58,683 nucleotides of DNA from Nemertoderma westbladi. Taxonomy: Eukaryota; Animalia; Xenacoelomorpha. The notes beneath the pieces were generated by a model. That model saw only the letters and a program-made list of their open reading frames with translations, made no database searches and had not been told where the DNA came from. The position numbers and the translations under genes were made by a program. Shown one piece after another: positions 1-13,800 of this stretch. The stretch is from contig JAUCBJ010003216.1 of the NCBI GenBank assembly GCA_032718475.1, positions 1 to 58,683 on the forward strand, given 5' to 3'. Position 1 is the first letter of the stretch. Each line of letters begins with the position of its first letter.

Positions 1-394
1 TGGAAATGCGGTAGTGCTGTCGTATTTCAGTACCGTCTGACCGTAATGGTGTATAGGCCTATGTAGTTGGCAGTTGCTACCGGTCCGGTCAGCCAGTTGT
101 ACAGTCTGACAGTAGTAGGGTGGTACGGCGCCAACGGACCCTCTAAACTAATTCAGGACCGCAGTCCAGCACAGCAGTCCGTACTATTAGGGCCTACAGA
201 ATTCAGGAATTACAGAATTAGGCCTGTCCTGTACCAGTATACGTGATCTATAATCACTGCACCGGCACCACGGTAACAGTCAGCCAGTACCGTAAAACAC
301 CGAATACAGTATGATAGTATTGTCTGATTCCAGATTCAGGGATTGAGTATAGTACCGGTACAGGCAGACAGGCCACAATGGTATGATTTAGTCT

Positions 395-720
395 CCTAGC
401 AACGAGCTGATGCCAAGCCTAATAATTTTTGGGTAATTATAACTGTAAGACAGTTACACAGATGCTGCACGAAGACCCCACGCAAATTCAACTTGGAAAA
501 TTTCTAAACTTTGGCCAGACTACATGTGTACCAAGTTTGGTTATATTCATTAACATTTGGCTGAGTTATTAACGTTTAAAATTGGACACAACAGAACGAC
601 AGAACAACAGATTGACAGAACAACAGATCGACAGAACAACAGATCGACAGACACACCGATTGAGTTAGTGGTACCTGTAATCTGTATGCTAAGCTCGCTT
701 ACTTTCGTCGCTCGCCCCAC
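395..720 (-). mobile_element. Non-autonomous Helitron/Helentron-like (HINE/DINE-1-like) element
   Basis: Minus strand begins GGGCGAGCG...GCGAGC, has a TCTG-rich microsatellite core (ACAGAACAACAGATCG repeats on plus, ~590-655) and an ACCAAACTTGGT palindrome, and ends GCTCGTTGCTAG. Confidence 0.45.
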
Positions 721-985
721 AGCCAGATGCCTGTCTTTCTTTTTTGATAACTCTTCAATTATCCTTCTAAGTGCCAAAATGGGCTCCATGGTCCCACCAC
801 CTTTACGGAACCCATTCTCCTGATTTCCACGGAGCAGTCTCTCAATGGGATCCCTGATGCGATTTAATAGAATTATATTGTATAGCTTTGCAGCAATCGA
901 GATCAACAAGATTCCGCGAAAATATTCATAGAGGAGAGGATTCGGTGACCCTTCTTGGGAACGGATACCAACTTATTGGTTTTCA
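720..985 (-). pseudogene. Non-LTR retrotransposon (RTE-like) reverse transcriptase fragment
   Basis: ISIAAKLYN..LLNRIR..IERLLRGNQ(E)NGFRKG..TMEPILALRRIIEE; closely similar to ~28350-28610 on the opposite strand. Confidence 0.85.
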
Positions 986-1660
986 TTTTCATTTAAAATT
1001 CACAGCAGCAAAACAATAAGAACAACAAGAAGATTCAATTAATAAATCAGTTGCGCAAATGTCGCATGCAGTTAAGCAGAAGCAAGAGACAAAACAAGTA
1101 ATCAGTCAACTGATGTCACTCAGCATAGCTGTAGGCTTCGCCACAAAAGTCAGAACAACAGAAATAATAGATACACAAAAATGTAAATAGAAATGTCAGG
1201 AATTAAAAGGGGGGTTTTGGAAACTCATATACTGGTGTACAATATAGGACCACAAAAATAATAATATTGCAATGGTTTTCTTATAATTACAGTAACGGGT
1301 TTACATAAAATAAATATACCTGTTCTATGAAGTCCATCATAAGAAGTAATTAAAGATAAACGTTTAAATAAAGTTAAAAATGTATAATAAATAATATGGT
1401 TAAGTGTTGAAAATTACATACTTTTTGATTTTAGAAATGAGGTAACAACATATAATTTCCAAATCTAGTGGTAGCAGTAGCCATTCGATATGTATTTAAA
1501 CACCCACCCCCCAAGTTTTATGTAGGAGAGTATCTCACATTGACCAAGAAGGCTATACCAATAATTATAGCTTTCCCGTGCATCTTAACATTTTTATTGA
1601 TACACCAGCCCACAGCTGCCCAACCATACATACAAGAATATATCGGTACAGTAATCTTAC

Positions 1661-1828
1661 TTTCACATATTCCAGAATCTCCTTTTGTATATCCATGTAC
1701 ACAATGACAGTCTGATTTCTCGTCTATCGATGCCTCGAATGACCTAAACTCGTCTGTAATTCTTTCTTCTTCGCTGTAAGCTGATTCACCACAATCACAT
1801 TTTTCACTTCCGTAATTGCAGTCAACAT
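1661..1828 (-). CDS. Host gene exon 14 (phase 1-1)
   Basis: ttag|ATGTTGAC...TGTGAAA|gtaag; DVDCNYGSEKCDCGESAYSEEERITDEFRSFEASIDEKSDCHCVHGYTKGDSGICE. Confidence 0.85.
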
Positions 1829-4800
1829 CTAATTAAAAAATTAATTAATCGAATTGTTAAATTATAACATTTTGTTATTTAACAATTAAGCTTGTCCCTT
1901 ACACACATAGACTACACTATTACCAGACCATATCCGACTAGTATTTATAAATTATGAAAATTTATTAGATGCGAATTTATTATTGGAAGATAAAATATTA
2001 TGAACGAATCACAAACGTTTTTGACGGCAAATTAGCTCAGGTGTTTGAGGAGAAATAACGGGTTATGCATTATATGTTTTATATTAAAACTCAAGGACTG
2101 TATAATAAATTAATTACTAATAGAGCTAAAATATAAAATATGATTTATTTTTGTAAAAATACCTTACCACCCACCTTGACATCCTGGCCCTCCGCTGGCA
2201 TTGGTGCTGAATATTGTAGAACCAGTTCTACATTTGCACAAAGAACCAATACATTGATTGTTACAAATATCTGGTCGGAGGTCTTTCTCGCAACGATCTG
2301 CCAATAGAAATACAATGAAGTTACACTGCAAAATACATTTTTTTGAAGCGGCCAGTTTACAACATTTATTAATTACAGCAGGGCAGATCTCTGATCTATC
2401 ATCGAAATGCACACTGAGTTCCAAGGTACTGGGAGACGTTCTGTTTTAGAGACGGTCTCTTTTAAGTCTCAACGATCTGATTGGAATGACATTGGGCCAG
2501 CTGCAGAGGAACATAGCCTATCCTATCCGCTAGTTTTGTAATTTCATTCTAAGTTAATGTCAAGGCCAAGGCTTATCTCAGTCAGAGTTTACGGTAACCA
2601 ATCAGGATTCAGCTTCAGAATGTACATATGTACATGAATATAAGGCTGCACTATCAGACTTGCCAATACATTCTGTATTATTTTTCGCTGCAATAGGGGG
2701 GGGGGGGGGGGGGGGGGGGGTGGTCCGTCCGATAATTTGTAAGTTGAAATATAAATCCCAGAAGAACGCTGCATTCAATTCCTCTGAACTTTTTTGCTAA
2801 AAATGAACTGGGGCGAAAAATGAACGAAATTTTTTATTCTTGCTAAAAATATAATTATTAAATAATAATATATCTTTACCTTGAAATCAAATTTGATGAA
2901 AAGGGTATTATTCATTTGTTAAATAACGTGCTGCTTGAAGGCTTGTCAAAAAACAACACCCCGCATAGGAGGGATGGGCCTATGGGACCCTATAGTGGAA
3001 GCTACTCCTACCTACAACACAACCCGGGCCGGAACTCAGTCCCTCAGCCGGGCAATCATCGGGGTTGAACCCTTCTCCCTGGTAGATCACCTCGCTTGTC
3101 TTCAGGGGGCTCGCAAAGTGGGGCGAACACTACAGCTTGCACGGGAGGACACCGGGTTCAAGGAGGCGAACGAAGACATGTCACAGACCCGACGACGCAC
3201 AGTACAACGAGCTGTTGACTACCGTACCAGCCGCTGGATTTCCTGTCTCCCCCATGCAGAGCATCACCTCGACCTTTCTCCTCGTGAGTTCCGGGATGCG
3301 GTGGCCATCCGCTATGGTCGGCCCCTCGCCTCGGTTCCAAGCCGGTGCGATGGGTGCGGGGCCCCCTTCGATCTTAACCACGGGTTAAATTGCAAGAAAG
3401 GAGGTCTCGTCATCCAGTGCCACAATGAGCTACGTGACGTTGTGGGCGACCTGGCGGCGGCGGCGTTCAGGCCCTGCAATGTTACTTGCGAGCCGGTCGT
3501 TCGGGAGCAGCAGGGGGTCGACAGAGCTTCTGGTCTTCGGTGTGACGTGGGCATTCGGGGGGCGTTTAACCCGCAGACCCAGGCGTTGATCGACATCAGG
3601 TTGGTTAACCTTGACGCCGGGTCTCATGCGGGGTGCTCCCCGATGTCAGTCCTCGAGTCAGCCGAAGACAAGAAGAAGCGACTCTACTCCGACGCAGTCT
3701 GGGCGCGGCGTGGCGACTTCTTGCCATACCTCGCCTCCTGCGACGGAGTGTTGGCCCCCCAAGCGGACAAGCTCCTCAGGACCATTGCCCCGAAGCTCCA
3801 CCAAGCGTGGGGGAGACCCTACAACATGGTGATGGGGTGGGTCCGTACCCGGGTCCAGCTGGTTATCGTTCGTGGGGCTTCCCATTGCCTTAGAGGGTCG
3901 CGGACGAAATGGCGTAGCGGGCTCGGGCTGGATAACGGCGCTGGGATGCCATTAACAAACGTTTTGCTAAAACATTTTGCTGTGTGGTATTGTATGTAAT
4001 AAATCAATGGTGCATTTATTAGTTTACTGATTTAAATATTCCACTTTAATATAAGTTGTTGGTATTATGACGTAATTATCCTATGATAGAAACCAAGATT
4101 AATAGAATCTGATGAATCAGAAGAATCTGATTCATTTTTTAATAGATTTCCATTTCACACCAATTTTTTGATGACATAGGCATTAGACAATAAATCATAC
4201 CATTAAATATTTACTACAAATCATTTTCCCATTTCTGATATTTCAGAATTTTAGCCTTTTCCAGAATTGCCCTACATATTTTTAATGGCGTTTTAAAATA
4301 GAGACTTCTTTGAAATTAAACACTTCACTAATCCCTTCACTTCAATCATTGAACTGACACAACTGAATCAATTATATATAATCAGTACTGCAGTTTACTA
4401 ACCGGTACAACGACCTTTACCATCAGATGCGAACCCACGGCCACATTTGCATGTCTTCGGATCACCTTCATCTCTACATAAACAGTTTTCGCTAAGAGGT
4501 TCACAAACTATATGTTGACATGATCTCCCCTCGGTTGGTATGTACCCTGGTTTACAATGTCCCGCAGCATCGCAACCTTCTAATTCCTACAGATCAAACA
4601 TTAAATAGCTTGTTAATCGACCTCAAGTACCAGTTCTCTTTATAGATTCTACCTATTTCAACTACTATAAACTTGCCGCTATAGTATTGCAAACTGTCTC
4701 TTTTTGCTTAGAATAATTATTATAGATTTTTTAAATAATTATTTAAGGTGACCCCATTGATAGCAAATGAACAAAAATATATCTACAGCCTAAATAGGTC

Positions 4801-7800
4801 CCTTACGATCACTAGTTTCGTTTTTTGTGTTTGATAAACACCGCCTCTGTTATGTAATCGCACCATGATGACCCATATAGTGTCATTTTCTGATGACACA
4901 GACCACCCCCACCCCCCCCCCCCCCCCTCCAATTTTTATATTACGACTAATGTGAAGAAGTCCGTATCTACAGAAAATTAGAGAGTATATGACGGGTCAT
5001 GATGTATTTTCCTTATTATGTTCAATCCATGAATGTTCAAGTATAAATGTTACTGTAGCGACCACTGCTACAGGATAATTTTAAGCAATAATAAAGCGGC
5101 CTCGGAGGGAAACGTAATGGAAGATAATCTCAACCAATAAACCACACGGGAAGCTTCGGTGCAATAATACTGTAATTTGAGCATTTTTATGTGGTAGCAG
5201 AGAAACGGCCACCTTTAGCAGGTGAATACTAACAGCTGACTCAGACGTTGGGCCAATCAGAGCCTATTGTAAGGCTATTTGGATTCATATTGAGTATGGT
5301 TACTTAAATCAGTGTAATACCATACCAGTATTACTAGTTTAGTTGTGTGAAGGTATTAGATCGATAGGATGTGTTAGCGAATTAGTTTTTACCGGTTAAG
5401 TTACTAGTAAGATTTCTCATTAAGTTTGTGCAATATCAAATCAATATACAAGTTCATCAGTAAACTCAAGTAGGCCTACATTATTCGATCACCTATCAGC
5501 GATTAGGGTTGTTCTCACAAAAAGTGGCCAAGATTTTGTGAAAAAAATGTCAATTTCTTTTTTGTCAAAACTATACAAATATATATATGCTTCGAGAGCT
5601 CTCGATGAGGCGATTTCGAATATACTAGTGGGCCGTTTTATTAGTAAATTCGTAAGGGTTTATTCGTCAAAAACCCACAGAAATGTCCACAATGTAACAT
5701 GTTGTCCCTGGTGTAACGCTACTTCTTAGCCAATCAGAAGCCTCCCTTTCACATAACGCAAAACTACTGTCCACAAACTAACTATTTGTCTCGAATGTAA
5801 CGCTACTTGTTAGCCAATCAGTATCCAGGATTTAAAATATATACCAGGAATTCAACAGTCACTTGTATGTCATGTAATGCCACTTTCATAATTAGTCGTA
5901 ACTTAAGATTTATTGACCCAATGGCTAAAAAATATTATTTTCAAATCCGCAAATTATTTAGTTTGTATTATTGCATATAAAACATGAATTATATACATAC
6001 AATTGAACAAAATAGTTAATGGAATCCATAAAACTTCACAAAACTACTCAGAGCAACGTCATCATCTTCATCAATGTCGTCACCAACCTCGTCCATCTCG
6101 TCACCAACCTCGTCCATATCTTCACCGACCTCATCCATCTCATCACCAACCTCATCCATATCGCCACCGACCTCGCCCATCTCGTCACAAACCTCGTCCA
6201 TATCACCACCGACCTCGTCCATCTCGTCACAAACCTCGTCCTTATCACCACCGACCTCGTCCATCTCGTCACAATCCTCGTCCATATCGTCATCATCGAC
6301 ATTATCATCAAAATCCATCGCACCTGTCAGTTCACATAAGTCGGAAACTTCATATAGACTACCTTCACTCTCTTCATCACTAAGCTCAGCTGTAACACCA
6401 TCATGAACTTCATCTCGAAGTCCTTCACCTGTAACACCTTCACAACACGCTTAATTCCGTGTGAATGACATAATAATTTGCAATTACAATTGCATGACAT
6501 TGACTTCAGAAGTACTGTTCTAGAACTGCAAATAAAGGTAACATCATGAGCTTTTCCTAAGCCCTTTAGTGCATTCACATCTCGCTCCATAAGAAACGCC
6601 TTCGCCTTCATGATGTCTTCCGAAGTATATGGGAGGACTTCAATGGTTACTTTTGATTTTAGTAGAATCACCAAACCATGAAACGAGAGTGTATCACTGC
6701 CAATGTGCATTCCTATTACTGAATCTAATGTTCACTTTACAGTTCCCCCCAGTCCATCGGCTGGACCTTTGCCGTGTTGTGCTTCAAGAAATATCCACCG
6801 AAGATTGACTTCCTTCTCTTTCACATAATCTTGGAATAAAGCTACAATATATCTGTTACGATATTGTCCCATTGGGGAATCTGAAAAAATTGTTAAATTT
6901 CTAACTTCAGTAGTTATAACAATATCTAACACATGTTTAACACTGGCAAATACCGCAGGAGCAGTATGATCAGTTGCGGTACTAATCGCAACAAATGACA
7001 TTGGGTTCTCTAAATCATTCCCCTTCCAAGCAAACATTGGGTGCAACGAGATTGACCTTTTCTCATAATACGCACCATGGATCTCACCAGGATTTGGTGG
7101 GTGATAATTCTCCGACCAGTCAATGTGAAGTACCACACTATTCTCCTGGCATGCGGCCTTCGCACCTTTAATGGCTGAAAATTGTGCTTTCATTCTTTCA
7201 ATATGAGCTTTGAGTTTGTCAGTTCCTTTAAAAAAATATCACTTAGTGGTCCTGAGCACATATTCCGAAATACCTTGCACCAAAATCGCCTGTTTGTTTC
7301 AACATCTAAGTCCCTCAACCATTGTTGAACAACAACAACCCTGTTTGGTGGCTGGAGATTCCTTACCCAGTCAGTGCATTGATAAGCAAGTTTGGTTGCC
7401 AATGTGCCCAAAGGCAACAACTTATCTGATACTAGACTTTCTGCCATTAGTTGTGGATTATCACAAATGACACATAAGCAAATACCCAATCCGACAATTT
7501 AGATTTGACTACGTCCTGAGGCCAGTACATGAAGAATAGCTTGCAGAATAAAGAATAGCTTATATCAATGCATTTTTCCACAATAAATCTTTCGTGTATG
7601 ATTTCTAGGCTCTCCATTTGATATCGTAGGGGAATTCCGGACTTAAGGGAACCTAATTTATCGTCAATAGGTTTTTTCCGTTTATCAGGGCACTGTTTCG
7701 AGACGTCCTCTTGTCTGGCAAAGCTAACAACTGCTGCACGTCGACTATCTTCCTTTAATTGTTTAGGAGCATTTCGCAAACGGATTCTACACCCAGCTTT

Positions 7801-10800
7801 TCGATATTTGTTAACAAGTCGTGTTTTTTGTCCAAAAATATTCCTTTTTGTACGTGGGGTTAATGATTTTGCTACTGATTGTAATAATTGGTGTTCTTCC
7901 GGCAATTTTGGAGAAACTACCTTAGGTTGTGATTTTGACTTAGCAAATACATTCCTAGCTAGCATTTATCGCAATCTCATATTATTCTCATATCTCATAT
8001 CTTACTTTCATAATGGAGCTATTCCTCTAGTAGAAGAATATCGCTATTTTTCTTTGCGATTAAACGCCGACGGCGATTACGACAAGAACCACTATCAGTG
8101 ATACCGGGGGTGACACTTTTTTCCGGTGTTTTCTCCTTAACCACTGCTTTTTCTTTAAGTGTATTTATTTCACTACGAGTTCTTGGCTCCATTTTTCGTT
8201 TTTCAATAAGTCGCTTGGAAACTTTTTCATTTATTCGCTGACGGTATACTTCATATCCACATTCAGCAATTTGTCTTTCTCTATATCTTTTTACTCGTTC
8301 TCGAGTTTTTTCTCGAGAAATGCGCTTCTTTTCGATCCCATTTCCATCACAACTCACAACTTTAGGCTTACCCATACTCACCATAACCTACATTAAAACT
8401 AAACTCAATGAAAACATATTAGACTTAAGGCCCCTCCATACTGGCTGCTCCATGTGCTGCTGCGTGCTGGCACCAGTGGAAACATAGCAAAATCGGCATG
8501 CTTACAAAAACAGAGCTAAGATTGGCACTTAGGAAAGAAAATAATCAGAGCTTAGTCAGATCAGATTATCGGCAAATGCGTCTTATCAGACGTCATGCCA
8601 GGCAGCATTGAATATGCGTACCGCTACCATGCACGATAAAGGAAAAAAAGTGGTCTCAAATCAGTTAAACTCATCATACCACTCATATGGGTATGGGTAC
8701 GGATACGGTACTAGACTCAGACAGGATAGTACAGTCACTATAGTACTGTAGTACAGACACTATAGTACTATATTAGAGTAGTTTATACTAAATACTGAAA
8801 TACAGAAATCATGGACTATTGCTAGATTGACCCTGACTGCCTGATTTGCAAAAAGAAACGCCATCCACTCCCACTGCTAGGGCTTTTGAGGCCCAACTGT
8901 GTTACATGGTGGACATGTCTCAAGTGTAACGCTATTGCTTGTGACAGCGTTACATGCGTTACATGATGGACATTGAAGACATTTTTCATTAGCATGACGT
9001 TGGCTATAGTCTGTTTTCAACTATATTAGAATCTAATATGTGATTCGATAGATCTGCGATTGGTATTTCATATGGAGCCCTCAATGGTATCGATATGATT
9101 ACTAACGCAAAAGTTATCGCTATTCAAAGTAGCGTTACATTGAGGACAATCCTAATGACGGTATTTTTTGTAGATTTATGTTTTCACACAATGCTCGAGT
9201 TCTAATAACGAATTCGTATAATTATTTTACCCTCTGATAGCTAAATAAATCGCCGTTTAGCTCTCTTGGAGATGTTGTGAATAAATAAAAAAAAACCAAG
9301 TTATGAAAACGAGCGTTACATGGTGGACAAAATCCTAGTGACGGCGTAACTAGTTGTTAGTAAATAGTAAATATATTAAATGTGAGTAGCTTCGGTTGAA
9401 AACCACCAATACCATATGAAAGAGCATTAAATTGGCTTTATTTTGATGTATATGTGGAACCTTTGCTTTTATTACTTTAGCTCAGAAGCCAAATATTTAA
9501 AAATAATTCAATGTGACATTTCAAAAAACATGCATTTTCGATATTTGTAATGGTGTCATTCTCTAGGTTGTGAATGGAAGCTGTTTAAAATTTGCTGAAA
9601 TATGAGCAGATTTCTGCTCTTCCGAATGGTATATTGGTTCATTGGGTTAAATCTGTGTCGTTTGGAAATATAACCGTGCCTAAGCATGGACATTTTGACA
9701 AAAAAGTTTGGCCACTTTTTGTGAGAACGACCCATTAATATATTATTGTTCATCGAAACACTCAGACTTATTAACCATACTCCACAATCATCAGCATTTC
9801 TGACTGACCGCGTAAGACGCGCACACTAGCTTAATTAGTAATATACTATAGATAAATACAATAAAATAAATTAGCACAGTTGATATTTACACAAACATTA
9901 CAAATGTAAATTTTAAGTTCTCACAAGGCTCACCCAACAAATAACCTTACCGGGCCGACGCACTCCGTGATGCAAAATCCAGAAATTCTCTCAGGATATT
10001 TAACTTGTGGCGCAATGAACCCGGGATCACAGGAACAATCTAAACCTTCTTCATTGCAAGTACAATGATCTTTGTTTTCTAAATCGGATTTAATGTCGAA
10101 ACACTCGGCTGAAAAATGATTCATTCAGTTGCTCATTAAAACAAGTATAATATATATATCATATATAATCAGCAAGCAGCATTTCATGTGTGTTATATTG
10201 AGAATTATATTATTCTATTAAATCATAAAATAAAGTAATAGGAACGCATTAAATAATAAAATAAAGTAATAGGAACACATTTTAAACAACCATGTTCAGC
10301 ATGATCCGGTCTCTTGAATAGTAAAATAATAATAATATAATATAATATTGGTCTGACCAATATGTTCTTCATTCAACACAAGATTATATTATATTATATT
10401 ATTATATACATATATTGCATATCAACAAAGTAGTGCCGCCACAACTCCCTATCTACATGACGTTTGCGAGATTATCCACATATTCAAGGAATATGCCCCT
10501 TAAGCTCATGTAAAAAACGTCGTCGTAAAAATCTCTACAAAATGTAAGATCATATTCATTCTCGCTCTTCCAATCATATCGTAGGCATTCGAAGGTTGTG
10601 CACTCCACTTGATTTCCGGATCCATTTGCTTTCGCCATGAGGACCAGCCAGTGCACAATCGTGAGTTTTGGCGGCGTCATGGAGTGTAAAAAGCTCTGAC
10701 AGCCCATGACTCTCTTGGGACGCCTCTTAAGGGACACTGGCCTTGAATATGAGGATTATCTAACAAATGTCATGAGTTAGTGTCATGAGTTGCGGCGGAG

Positions 10801-13800
10801 AAATTTTGTCGACAAGATGGCACCACATATATATGATATATATTATAAAATTAAGCTGCAATGCCGCATTCCGATGGTAGTAGTCCGCAAACATGATCGG
10901 AACTAGCAGCTGTCCTCCACATGCTGAAGCATACCACCTTTAGAGCTTATTACACACATACGATCAGACATTTCCTATTGAGCTACAAACACTCGATCAT
11001 TTTAAAGACATGAGGGTAGACATGTATACATTGTGTACAACAGTACATAGAATTGTTAACAAGCACGGAAAACGCGAATCAATGCATGGCATGGATACAA
11101 TATAACAAATGAACTTTAACTAATTAAATTAAATTTAAATTTAGCTAACCGGCACATGCGCCATCTGATTGAAAATCTACTAGGAAATTGTTGAGGCACC
11201 GACATTCATTAAATTCATTGCAAATGCAGCCACTGGCCCCTTGAACGCATTCAGCTATAAATATATAAAATTTTAAACATATAAATGGCAGTCTTATAAT
11301 AAATCGAATAAGATGATAAATGTTAATTAACTTAAAATAATTATTTAAAATAGTTATTAAAATAATTTTAATTTATCATAAATGTCACACTGGATGCTAG
11401 CTGTGTCTTCCGAATAATTGATATACAGTAGAAACAGTATATGATAATCATATTCAAAATAAAAATGTGCCAGTAATTATCAATCTTTAATCTTGATCAA
11501 CTTGTCTGACTCGAGGTTTTTGGCCCTAATCAAATGTAGAAAAAATTGAAAAATACGAAATTAAAATTACAATATTGTAAAACAAACAATTTGCCACCTC
11601 TATTGCACCCGCAACTCCCGAAACACTCCAGGCCCTCCTTTCACTTCACCCTACAGCGATTCCAGGGTGCCTTCTGGAGCTCCCCTCGCTTGATGTCCTA
11701 GATATCCCTCTCATCGAGTTCTCCCTTCCAGACATCATGAAATCTATCCGATCTTTTCCGAACGGTTCTGCCGCCGGCCCCCACAAACTTCGTCCTCAAT
11801 TCCTTAAGGACTTTTGCTCCCACCAATCCGGCGATGCCGCCATGGGAGCTCTGAAAGGCATCACCGGCTTATCCAACCAACTAATCAAAGGATTAGTTCC
11901 AGAAACCATCCTCCCTTTTTTCAGTATGGGGCCCGACTATGTGCCTTTACCAAAGTCAACGGTGGAATCCGTCCCTTCGCAGTAGGTTGCACCCTTCGAT
12001 GTCCAGCTGCTAAGACTGGTTGCCACCAATCTTCTAAGAAGTCCCAACTCAAACTTGCCCCCCACCAACTAGGCCATGGAATACCCCGTGGCTGCGAGGA
12101 CGCTGTTCATGCTTCCCGGAGATTTCTTCAGGAGTCCGTTGAGCCAACCATCATGGTCAAAATTGACTTCAAAAACGCCTTCCACAGCGTTCATCGCGGG
12201 CCCGTCTTCCATTCAATCCTGCAGAACCTTCCACCCATGTACCCCATCGCTTTCCAGGCTTACTCACAACCCACCCACCTCTTCTATGAGGACACAACTA
12301 TTTCTTCGGAGGTTGGAGTCCAACAGGGTGACCCTCTAGGCAACCTATTCTTCAGCTCTGACACCCACGAAATTGTTGAGAGTGTCGAAACTCCCCTCAA
12401 TGTCTGGTTCTTAGACGATGGGTCCCTTGGAGGGACCCCCTCTGTTGTTGCCTCTAACCTTGAATCCGTGATCTCCAAAGCTGCTAATCTCGGCCTCCAG
12501 ATTAAAGCATCGAAATGTGGGTTGATTTTTTCCACCAACTTTCCACCCAATCTGAAACCTGAGACCGCCGCCATATTCGACACGATCACTCCCAGAATCA
12601 AATGTATCGACCTCGCCGATGCCTCCCTTCTGGGTGCTCCACTCGGTGAACCAGCTATGGAGTCCATTCTCCAGAACAAAGCATCTGAACTGGCAACTTT
12701 CACCAATCGCCTCCAACTCCTTTCCTCTCACGACTCTTTATACCTGCTCCGCCACTGTTTCGCAATCCCCAAACTAATGTATATCCTGCGTTGCTCCCCT
12801 TGCTTCCTTGCCCCATCTCTATCCGACTTCGACTCTTCAATTAGAGCTACACTTGAGTCAACACTGAATATTCGGCTTGACAACTCTTCCTGGTCTCAAG
12901 CCTCTCTCCCCATCGCTTCAGGTGGGCTTGGTGTGCGTAGCACAAGGGACGTCTCACTGCCGGCCTTCTTGGCCTCCGTCTTCGGATGCGGTCCCCTGCT
13001 TCGTGCCCTTCTGCCCCCCTCTATCTCCGACTCGACTAACCCGCTCATCACAAAGGCCCTATCGCTCCTACCTCCTGGCACCGACACACCTCCCAACCCA
13101 TCTGTCCAAAAGGCCTGGGATGCTCCCCTGTGCTCCAAAACCTACGACTCCCTCCTAGCTTCTGCCAACACCCCCAAAGCGAAGGCCCAACTCATCTCCT
13201 CTAAGGCTAAACACTCAGGTGATTGGCTCCAGGTGCTCCCCATCGCTTACCTGGGGCACTGTCTTAGCGATGACCAGGTCCGGATCGGCACCGCCATCCG
13301 TCTCGGCGCGCCAGTCTGTGCCGAGCATTCTTGTCGAGGCTGTGATGCCGTAGGCGACACAAGCAGGACTCATGGTCTCAGCTACCTCCACAACTGTGGT
13401 AAATACTCCCACCACGCTGAGGCCAATGATGTGATCCACCACGCCCTGTCATCTGCCAGTATATCATCCACCCTCGAGCCCCGCGACCTCTGCAAGGATG
13501 GCCGGAAACCAGACGGTATGTCTGTCGCCCCTTGGAACCAAGGACGTAGCCTCATTTGGGACTTCATCTGCCGGGGTGCCTTAGCCCATCCTATCTCCCG
13601 ATTACATCGATAACCAAAGGGGGTGCTGCCGCAGCGGCTGAGGCAACCAAAGCTCAAAATACGGCAACCTGGCTCACAACTATCACTTTGTGACGGTTGC
13701 CTCCGAAACAATCGGCCCAATCGGTGATAAGGACACCATTCTCCTCAATGAGATCGGTCGCCGAATCGCCCTCGCCACCAGGGAACCAAGGTCCACCTCC

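Larger units (their letters stand above)
5506..9733 (-). mobile_element. Sola2-type DNA transposon, full-length but decayed
   Basis: TIRs GGGTYGTTCTCACAAAAAGTGGCCA at both ends, 4-bp TSD ATTA (5502-5505 and 9734-9737), and subterminal TGTAACGC/GCGTTACA repeats in both arms. Confidence 0.85.

Noticed and set aside
1-390. ACCGGTA/CAGTA-rich segment
   Set aside because: Probably part of a repeat truncated by the window edge; no boundaries or ORF to classify.
4745-5216. Kolobok-like MITE (TTAAGGTGACC...GGCCACCTTTA)
   Set aside because: The inverted match is only ~8 bp and imperfect, so it cannot be supported without other copies.
6003-6406. His/Pro-rich, Ser-rich and other overlapping ORFs
   Set aside because: Stop-free readings of a 21-bp minisatellite inside a transposon.
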